24,782 nt of DNA from an archaeon (lineage in GTDB: Archaea; Iainarchaeota; Iainarchaeia; Iainarchaeales; 0-14-0-20-34-12): the NCBI GenBank assembly GCA_038046645.1, contig JBBSVU010000006.1:169196-193977 (forward strand). The letters are read 5' to 3'. The notes under the pieces were generated by a model. The model saw only the letters and a list, made by a program, of their open reading frames with translations, searched no databases and was not told the DNA's origin. The position numbers were made by a program, and so were the translations under genes. Of the stretch, positions 17,770 to 24,782 are shown piece after piece. Position 1 is the first letter of the stretch. The number at the start of each line of letters is the position of its first letter.

Positions 17770-18519
17770 ATGATTTTATCTTTGGAAAATGCTATCTCTT
17801 TCAAAAGATGCATTGATGCTATTTCTGTCCTGATTGATGAAGCGGAATTTTCAATAACTGAAAATGGTCTGGAATTAAGGGCGACAGATCCAAGCCAAAT
17901 AAGCATGATTGATTTCAAGATAAACAAAAGCGCATTCAAGCAGTTTGATGTGAAAGAGGACATAAAATTAGGCATTGACATAGGCTATTTGAGCCAAATC
18001 TTAGGAAGGGCAAAAAAAGATGATTCCATTTCTTTAGATTTAAATGCAACTAAAAGCTCCTTGAATGTTACATTCTCAGTAGGCAATTCCAAAAGGGCAT
18101 TTTCTGTTCCATTAATAGACATATCACAGGCACAATTGCCTTCATTAAATATTGATTTCGATTCAACAATAACCTTGAAAGCAGATTCAATAAAAGAAGC
18201 GATGAAGGATGCTGCCCTGATATCTTCCTATGTCGTAATCCTGGCACAAGCTGATAAATTTGTTGCAGAAGCAAACAGCAGCAAAGGGCATTTAGTTAAT
18301 GAAATATCTGCAAAAGATGCAGCAATAAAGGAATTCAAGGTAAGGAAGGAATGCAGAAGCATGTTCCCCTTGGAATACCTGCAGAATATGTTAAAAGCTG
18401 CTGAATCAAATGATTTTATTGAGATTAGCATGAAGAATAATGCGCCTATCCGCATATTTTACCCAATAGGCAAGGCAGAAATTACCTATTATCTGGCGCC
18501 AAGGATTGAAACAGAATAA
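17770..18519 (+). CDS. pcn: DNA sliding clamp PCNA, copy 1
   Basis: LRATDPSQISMIDF and canonical C-terminus YYLAPRIE; 249 aa from ATG 17770. Confidence 0.95.
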   Translation: MILSLENAISFKRCIDAISVLIDEAEFSITENGLELRATDPSQISMIDFKINKSAFKQFDVKEDIKLGIDIGYLSQILGRAKKDDSISLDLNATKSSLNVTFSVGNSKRAFSVPLIDISQAQLPSLNIDFDSTITLKADSIKEAMKDAALISSYVVILAQADKFVAEANSSKGHLVNEISAKDAAIKEFKVRKECRSMFPLEYLQNMLKAAESNDFIEISMKNNAPIRIFYPIGKAEITYYLAPRIETE

Positions 18520-18655
18520 AATGCACCAGCACTAAAAGGGTTTATATTCTCTTATTTGTTATTTGTATAATATTGGTTTGAAGTAAATCTAATATCAAAG
18601 GCCAAAAATAAAGAAACAAAATTTGCCCTTTGATATGAATTTAATAAGGATAATT

Positions 18656-19375
18656 ATGATTGTTCTTGAAAATATAAAACAATTGCAGACAGCAATAAAA
18701 TCCATTTCAAATTTCATTTCGGAAGGAAATTTTAGGTTTAATGACAAAGGAATTGCGTTAAGGGCAATTGATCCAAGCCAAATTGTATTGGTAAATTATC
18801 TAGCCCCAAAAGGCATTTTCAAGAAATTTTCTGTTGAACCCTCATTAATAGGAATTAATATTGAGGATTTTGAAAAGATAATGCGAAGGGCTTTTGCAAA
18901 TGATGTTATGGAATTATCCCTTGAGGATTCATTTTTGAATATCCGATTTTTAGGGGATTTGGACCGAAATTTTAAACTCTCATTGATTGAGTTGAATGAA
19001 GAAGAGGCATCCTTGCCTGATATCGCATTCACTGCAAAGGTAACAATAAAAGCAAGGATTCTTCAGGAAACATTAAAGGATGCATCATTGTTTGGCAGTT
19101 CAATTGTGCTGAACATAAAGGACAATGTTCTCACAATGGAAGCAAGGGGCCAGCAGGGCACTTTAAAAACACTGATAAAAAAAGAATGCGCAGCTGTTGA
19201 TTCAAAGGATGAGATTAATAACAAATATTCATTGAACTTCTTTGAGAATTTGGTTAAGGAAGCAGATCCAGAATCTGAATTGAAGATTGAATTGAAGACC
19301 GAATCCCCAATGAAGATAAGTTATAGAATCGGGGATTCAGAGATACAGTTCTATCTTGCGCACATGATACTCTAA
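18656..19375 (+). CDS. pcn: DNA sliding clamp PCNA, copy 2 (divergent)
   Basis: LRAIDPSQIVLVNY, KYSLNFF, PMKISY, C-terminus FYLAHMIL. Start could be 18635. Confidence 0.9.
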   Translation: MIVLENIKQLQTAIKSISNFISEGNFRFNDKGIALRAIDPSQIVLVNYLAPKGIFKKFSVEPSLIGINIEDFEKIMRRAFANDVMELSLEDSFLNIRFLGDLDRNFKLSLIELNEEEASLPDIAFTAKVTIKARILQETLKDASLFGSSIVLNIKDNVLTMEARGQQGTLKTLIKKECAAVDSKDEINNKYSLNFFENLVKEADPESELKIELKTESPMKISYRIGDSEIQFYLAHMIL

Positions 19376-19411
19376 GTCTATGTTTTTCCCAATTATTGGC
19401 AAATTAACTTA

Positions 19412-19443
19412 AGAAGCTGCAGGCTTTAGCTTGCGGAGCTTCA
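19412..19443 (+). repeat. Second copy of the GAAGC-hairpin-GGAGCTTCA element
   Basis: AGAAGCTGCAGGCTTTAGCTTGCGGAGCTTCA matches 14165-14196 at 28/32 positions; the differences preserve stem pairing. Confidence 0.7.
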
Positions 19444-19484
19444 GTAAGCATAAAAGACCTTTTCTTTAGATTTTATTAGTGCAT

Positions 19485-20510
19485 ATGTGGACTTTAGACC
19501 AATTGATTTTTGCATACAAATACCCAATTTCCCAAAAAACCAGGGAAATAATAAAGGACTACAATTTTTCACTGGATAATCTAGATATGGAAATAATTGA
19601 TATAGCAGTTTCAAGAATAAAATTATCTTATTCTGGCAAGGAATACCTTCCTTCCTATATTGAACATTCAAAATCAAAGGATTTAATTTTGAATGAAATT
19701 ATTGCATTCCCTGTGGCAAAAATTCTTGTTTCATGTTTGGACCGGACTTTGATATATAAATTTTCAGAAAATGTTTCTTCCACACTTTTTTATCACCTAA
19801 ATAGGGAGCAGAAAAGGCTTCAAGTAGCATTAGGCCTTGCAAATGAGCTAAGCCTTAAAGTGGATTTAAAAGAAAATGGTGAAAACTATATTGAATTGCC
19901 TTTGTTTGATTTCGTTGAGGTCTCAAATAAGGATCCCCAATTAAATTTGGTAAACCAGCATGTTTCTTTAGGGAAAGTTTTGCTGAATGAAATAAAATTT
20001 TGCAGATTTTTGGCTGCAAAAGCATATTTCCTTACCTTTAATTCATTGCAGGCAGATCCAGCATCAATCCCAAAATACCTGAAGGATATTGCCAAAGGGA
20101 TAAAGTTTGAATCTGCATTTTCACCCAAATTTGAAAGCTTTGGTGCCTTTGGAAAAATAGACCCTAATGCTTTCCCGGCTTGCATGAAATCTATTTATAC
20201 CTCTTTATTGGCAGGGGAAAACATTCCCCATAATGCGCGCTTTAACATCACAACATTCTTGAATTCAATCGGGATGCCAAAGGAACAGATAATAAATGCC
20301 TTCAGGAAAACGCCAAATTTTGATGAGCGCATTACCCGGTACCAGGTAGAAAGGATTACTTCAGGCAATATAAAATATTCTGCCTCAAGCTGTGCCACAA
20401 TGAGGAGCAATGGCTTGTGCCCTGATAAAAATTGCATATCAAAGCACCCAATTTCTTTTTATAAAAGAATGCTTGCTGTTCCAAGAAAGGCATCAAAGGA
20501 AGAAAAATGA
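19485..20510 (+). CDS. priL: DNA primase large subunit
   Basis: KYP N-terminus, FPACM, HNARF, PNFDERITRYQV, SCATMRSNGLC...C..KHP Fe-S domain. Confidence 0.93.
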   Translation: MWTLDQLIFAYKYPISQKTREIIKDYNFSLDNLDMEIIDIAVSRIKLSYSGKEYLPSYIEHSKSKDLILNEIIAFPVAKILVSCLDRTLIYKFSENVSSTLFYHLNREQKRLQVALGLANELSLKVDLKENGENYIELPLFDFVEVSNKDPQLNLVNQHVSLGKVLLNEIKFCRFLAAKAYFLTFNSLQADPASIPKYLKDIAKGIKFESAFSPKFESFGAFGKIDPNAFPACMKSIYTSLLAGENIPHNARFNITTFLNSIGMPKEQIINAFRKTPNFDERITRYQVERITSGNIKYSASSCATMRSNGLCPDKNCISKHPISFYKRMLAVPRKASKEEK

Positions 20511-21754
20511 TATTTATGGGATTAAATGAAAATGCAAACGAGCAGGGATTCCTGAGGAAAAAATTCCAGGAATTTTATGCTGGCAATGAAATTAATTATC
20601 CTACTAAAGTTGCGAACAGGGAATTTGGGATAGGCGAATTCGGGAAGAAGATTGTGAAAAGGCATATGGCCTTTTCAAATCCAAATTTCTTCAATGCATT
20701 CCTTAAGGAAGATGTTCCCTTTTATGTTTCTGCCTCAGCCAGCCTATACAAAATGCCTGATGCGAGGCCGATGGACAAAAAGGAAATCATCGGTTCTGAA
20801 TTGATTTATGAGTTTGATGCTGATGACATAAAAACTGACTGCAGGAACCAGCACGATTCTTGGAGGTGCACGCAGTGCAATGCTTCTGGTTCAGGAACAG
20901 TGGAAAAATGCACATCTTGCGGCTCAAATTCCCTGCAGCTTGACCAATGGTTTTGCCCTGAATGCCTAAATGAAACAAAAAAGCAGGTATTTAATTTAGT
21001 AGATATTCTGCAGGAAGATTTCGGGATAGCTGAAGGCCTTTATATAAATTTTTCCGGCAATGCAGGCTTTCATGTGCATGTTGAAAATCAGGCGGTTGAA
21101 AAACTTTCAAAGGAAGCAAGGATTCAATTGCTTGATTATTTGACCTTGCATGAAATAAACCTTGAATTGCTCGGGTTTTTCCTTGAGAAGAAGACATTTG
21201 TCTGCCCAAAAGATCCGACATTTGGGCAAATTAAGAGAATAAAAAACTCTTTGAGAATTCTTTTGAAGACTGCCGATATTGGCGAGCTTGCAACATATGG
21301 ATTAGTGCAGAAAAGCAAGCTGAAGTCAGTCCTTAAAAATAAAGATCTTGTTTTAGAAGGCCTTTCTTCTGGTACATTATTTTCAATTGATGCTGGTGCG
21401 GAATCAAATAAAAAATTCTGGCACAATATCCTAAACCATATTGTTTCCAGCATTGCTTTGGATATTGACAGGCAGACCTCAAGTGATATCTACAAATTAG
21501 TCAGAGTGCCGAATACATTGCATGGCGGTACTGGCTTGATTGCAAAGGTTTTGCCGATTGATTCACTCGATAAATTTGATGCCCTAAAGGATACAGTGGC
21601 ATTTTCAGATGGTAGGACAAACGTTTATATTACTAAGGTACCTAGATTTTATTTGTACGGCAATTACTTTGGGCCTTATGAAGATACGCAGGTTGAATTG
21701 CCAGACTATGCTGCAATATATTTGATTGCAAAAGGAAAAGCAAGGCTTGTTTAA
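20507..21754 (+). CDS. priS: DNA primase small (catalytic) subunit
   Basis: REFG, RHMAF, ELIYEFDADD, SGNAGFHVHV, IDRQTSSDIYKLVRVPNTLHGGTG; Zn-binding Cys cluster. Confidence 0.92.
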   Translation: MIFMGLNENANEQGFLRKKFQEFYAGNEINYPTKVANREFGIGEFGKKIVKRHMAFSNPNFFNAFLKEDVPFYVSASASLYKMPDARPMDKKEIIGSELIYEFDADDIKTDCRNQHDSWRCTQCNASGSGTVEKCTSCGSNSLQLDQWFCPECLNETKKQVFNLVDILQEDFGIAEGLYINFSGNAGFHVHVENQAVEKLSKEARIQLLDYLTLHEINLELLGFFLEKKTFVCPKDPTFGQIKRIKNSLRILLKTADIGELATYGLVQKSKLKSVLKNKDLVLEGLSSGTLFSIDAGAESNKKFWHNILNHIVSSIALDIDRQTSSDIYKLVRVPNTLHGGTGLIAKVLPIDSLDKFDALKDTVAFSDGRTNVYITKVPRFYLYGNYFGPYEDTQVELPDYAAIYLIAKGKARLV

Positions 21755-21772
21755 TTTTTTATTTTGATTATT

Positions 21773-22318
21773 ATGTCACTGACTTATGATGATATCCGCA
21801 GGATTTATAGGCTTGAAAAAAATTCTGTTGATTTAGTCAATACCGGTTCGAATTTTGACGAGCAGCTTGCGGAATTAATCTCAAAAGAAAGGGAAAATTA
21901 TTTAGATTCAATAAAAAAGGCATCTTTTTCTAAGGCAAAGGATTTTAGCAATTTAAAAAAACTTATTGAGGAGATATTTCAGATGAGGGAAAAGAAGCTT
22001 TTGAATAAGGCTTTGCTTACTACCCGGCTTGAGGATTATACTAAAGTAAACCTTACTGATGCTGAAATTGAGACATTTGACAAACTTTTAAAAGCCCTGA
22101 CAGAGCACAGAAAAAGGATTGAATTTTTATTTGATGAGCAGGCTGGGAAGCAGGATAAGTCTTTAAATAATCTTGCAGTGCGAATAATTAAGGAAGTGCC
22201 AAGTTTTATTGGCGCAGACATGAAGGAATATGGGCCATATCCCCAAGCGCAGGAAATAATATTGCCTACTAAAGTTGGCATGCTTCTTGTTGAAAAGGGC
22301 CTTGCCCAAAAAGTTTAA
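21773..22318 (+). CDS. GINS subunit (Gins51/Gins15-type)
   Basis: Helical A domain (REKKLL) plus C-terminal B domain VRIIKEVPSFIGADMKEYGP...LLVEKGLA; follows priS. Confidence 0.88.
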   Translation: MSLTYDDIRRIYRLEKNSVDLVNTGSNFDEQLAELISKERENYLDSIKKASFSKAKDFSNLKKLIEEIFQMREKKLLNKALLTTRLEDYTKVNLTDAEIETFDKLLKALTEHRKRIEFLFDEQAGKQDKSLNNLAVRIIKEVPSFIGADMKEYGPYPQAQEIILPTKVGMLLVEKGLAQKV

Positions 22319-22339
22319 TATTTACAAACAGGTGATTTT

Positions 22340-22537
22340 ATGGATTACAGCGGAATGATTCCAAAAGCCAAGACGCATTTTATAAAAGTAAAATGCAAGG
22401 CATGCAATAACCAGCAGAATATATTTTCAGCAGTTTCGAGGGTTGTAACTTGCAATGTTTGCGGTGCTGTTTTGGCTACCCCTACGGCAAATCATTCTAA
22501 GATAGAAGGGGAAATTGTAAAGGCAGTGGATTCTTAA
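22340..22537 (+). CDS. rps27e: 30S ribosomal protein S27e
   Basis: FIKVKCKACNNQQNIFS...CNVCGAVLATPT; SD AGGTGA. Confidence 0.95.
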   Translation: MDYSGMIPKAKTHFIKVKCKACNNQQNIFSAVSRVVTCNVCGAVLATPTANHSKIEGEIVKAVDS

Positions 22538-22544
22538 CCGCCTT

Positions 22545-22741
22545 TTCTTTTCTTTCTAAAGAAAGAAAAGAACAACATAAAATTCATTGAATTTTATGTG
22601 TCCAATAAAATTTCGTAGAAATTTTATTTGGAAATGTAGGTTGCAACAAAAATCCAAAAGATTTTTGTGCACCACAAAACCAAAGGTTTTGTTGTTGCCA
22701 AAAGAAAAGAAAGACACTTCAGGTTGCCAAAAGAAAAGAAA
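22545..22741. repeat. Array of five AT-rich hairpins plus a 19-bp direct repeat
   Basis: Stems at 22545-22572, 22575-22599, 22604-22628, 22646-22668, 22674-22692; GTTGCCAAAAGAAAAGAAA at 22694-22712 and 22723-22741. Confidence 0.75.
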
Positions 22742-22803
22742 AATTGCACTAGCAATTAAAATCTAAAAGAACTTTATCTTTAATAACTTAATTTTGATTT
22801 TTT

Positions 22804-23592
22804 ATGGTACAAGCAATAGAATTCCCAGAAAGGAAGGAAAAGGTAATTACTAAAATAAAAAAGATACTTGACTATGGTGCGATTGTTGAATTGATGGAAT
22901 ATCAGCATCTTGAAGGCTTTGTGCATATCTCAAACATTGCTTCAGGTTGGATAAAAAACATAAGGAATTTCGTGAAGGAAGGGCAGATTAAAGTAGCAGA
23001 AGTCCTTGTTGTTAATCCGGAAAAGAGAAATGTTGAGCTTTCTTTCAGAAGTATTTCTTCAGCAGATGAAAGGGAAAAGCTTGAACAGTTTAAGCAGTTC
23101 AAAAGGGCAAAAAGCCTTATTGAAATTATCGCAAATAACCGGAAGGAGAAATTTGAGACAGTTTGGTCAGAAATAGCCGATCCATTAATACTTGAACATG
23201 CGACAATCGGAAAAGCATTTACTAAAATTGCTTTAGAAGGGGAAAGTGCAGCTTCAGGCGTTCCCAAAAAATGGCTGCCTGACCTGCTTGAAATAATTGA
23301 GAAGAATGTGCCTGTATCAGAAAAAGTGATAATGGCAATCCTTACCTTGTCCTCTTACGATTCCTATGGTGTTGATAAAATAAAGAAGGTTTTGGAGGAG
23401 GCAATATCTGCAGTAAAAACAGGAAAGGATTTGAAATTTGAGCTAAGTTATATCGGTTCTGGGAGATATGATGTAAGGGCTAAGGCATTATCATTCAAAA
23501 AAGCAGAGAATGCGATTAAGCAATTCCAGGAATCTATTTTGCAGCTTATGAAAAAGAATTCAATTATAGGGGAATTCAAGCGCAAGGAATAA
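22804..23592 (+). CDS. eif2a: Translation initiation factor aIF2 alpha subunit
   Basis: S1 domain (YGAIVELMEY...EGFVHISNIASGWIKNIRNFVKEGQ), DSYGVDKIK, YIGSGRY. Confidence 0.95.
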   Translation: MVQAIEFPERKEKVITKIKKILDYGAIVELMEYQHLEGFVHISNIASGWIKNIRNFVKEGQIKVAEVLVVNPEKRNVELSFRSISSADEREKLEQFKQFKRAKSLIEIIANNRKEKFETVWSEIADPLILEHATIGKAFTKIALEGESAASGVPKKWLPDLLEIIEKNVPVSEKVIMAILTLSSYDSYGVDKIKKVLEEAISAVKTGKDLKFELSYIGSGRYDVRAKALSFKKAENAIKQFQESILQLMKKNSIIGEFKRKE

Positions 23593-23789
23593 TTCCCATA
23601 GTAAAAGACATTTATTTTTTTGAATTATGGCAAGTGATCTTAATAGTTAGACATTTATTGCTCGCTTACCCTCGGTAAATGATAATTATTCGCATAATTA
23701 CTTTTGTCATTTAATATATTTATGTTCTCAATCCTAATTTCTAAATCCTCCTGCATAAGTATATAAATTGCTCGAACTGATTTTACATT

Positions 23790-24560
23790 ATGGGTACAGA
23801 AATCCACTTTAGCGTAAAGAAAAAACTGAAAAATCCGGTGCTTTTTATAGGATTGCCTGGTATTGGGCTTGTAGGGAAGATAGCCATTGATTATATGGTA
23901 AAGCAATTGAACCCAAAGAAGATTGCGGACATTTATTCTACGAGTTTTCCACCATCGATTTATACGAATGATGGCATAATCAACCTGATTTCAGATGAGA
24001 TTTACCTTTATGAAACAAAGAAAAGGGATTTTCTGTTTGTTATCGGGCCTGTCCAGCCGTCCCTGAGCATAAATTTTGCCTCTACTGAACAGCATTATGA
24101 ATTCTCAGCAAAGCTTGTTGAACTAGCAATACAATTAGGGGTAAAAGATGTTTATACCTTGGCAGGGATTAATGTGGGCGATAAAAGAATGGAATCAAAG
24201 CCACAGATTGTGGTAGCAGCAACCCATAAAGATATGTTAAAGTCATTTAAAGAAGCAGAAATAAACAAGACAGGAGGCTTAATTTCAGGAGCTGCAGGAT
24301 TAATTCTAGGGATGGCTAAGCAGAGAGGCCTGAAGGGAGCATGCATAATGGGAGAAACTAACGCTAGATTAATTTATGGCGACCATGGTGCAGCAAAAAA
24401 AATTATTGAAACTATCGTCGGATTATATGGCTTTAAACTGGACATGAAAGGCATAAAAAAGGAGAGCAAGAATATTGAGGATGCGTTCAAGCAGCTGAGC
24501 AAGCAGATGCCGCACAAGGAAGAGGAAGAGCATCACGAAGACCTGACTTATGTGAGATAA
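23790..24560 (+). CDS. PAC2-family (proteasome assembly chaperone-like) protein
   Basis: LKNPVLFIGLPGIGLVGKIA, FPP, GAAGLILG, CIMGET, D..AAK, C-terminal DLTYVR; usual position after aIF2-alpha. Confidence 0.9.
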   Translation: MGTEIHFSVKKKLKNPVLFIGLPGIGLVGKIAIDYMVKQLNPKKIADIYSTSFPPSIYTNDGIINLISDEIYLYETKKRDFLFVIGPVQPSLSINFASTEQHYEFSAKLVELAIQLGVKDVYTLAGINVGDKRMESKPQIVVAATHKDMLKSFKEAEINKTGGLISGAAGLILGMAKQRGLKGACIMGETNARLIYGDHGAAKKIIETIVGLYGFKLDMKGIKKESKNIEDAFKQLSKQMPHKEEEEHHEDLTYVR

Positions 24561-24782
24561 TCCCTTATTTTAATCAATTTAGTTTATTTTTCTTATTTTT
24601 TTCATGATTTTTGGTTTGTATCCCAAATTGCCAAAAATAATTAACCCCTATGGGCATATGTATATCTGGTGTGATTTGTTTTGTATTGATCCTCGTGATC
24701 TTTACAAAGTGTTTTTTCCTTCGGGAAATCTAACACTCTTAGGATAAATTCTTCGGAATTTCTATTCCTATCGAATCACACC

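Noticed and set aside
22545..22741. CRISPR array
   Set aside because: Only two copies of a 19-bp low-complexity repeat 10 nt apart, no regular repeat-spacer period and no cas genes in the window.
1419..24346. Numerous short antisense or overlapping ORFs in the track (e.g. 1455-1685, 5488-5853, 12868-13065, 14527-14955, 22902-23267, 23655-23906)
   Set aside because: They shadow well-supported genes or promoter regions and show no recognisable motifs.

Overview
AT-rich archaeal chromosomal window. Gene content (LonB, Csl4, RpoL, PCNA, PriL/PriS, GINS, S27e, aIF2-alpha, PAC2) is archaeal; a DPANN-type lineage is my inference, not proven. Left end: an AbiEi/AbiEii type IV toxin-antitoxin pair, a truncated sugar-nucleotidyltransferase remnant, a TrmB-like regulator, a DUF2156-like gene and RNase Z. 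Right half: a conserved replication/translation cluster with two tandem PCNA paralogues. The outstanding feature is at 5097-11481. The membrane-anchored Lon protease (LonB) is encoded as three separate ORFs joined by two apparently split inteins: Lon1-IntN1 / IntC1-Lon2-IntN2(+LAGLIDADG) / IntC2-Lon3. Between the halves of intein 1 lie its detached LAGLIDADG endonuclease, now a stand-alone gene whose ribosome-binding site is buried in a ~170-nt hairpin, and an unrelated kinase-like gene. Joining the exteins gives a 636-637 aa LonB with all ATPase and protease motifs intact, which suggests double protein trans-splicing. All family calls come from motif recognition by eye; no searches were run.
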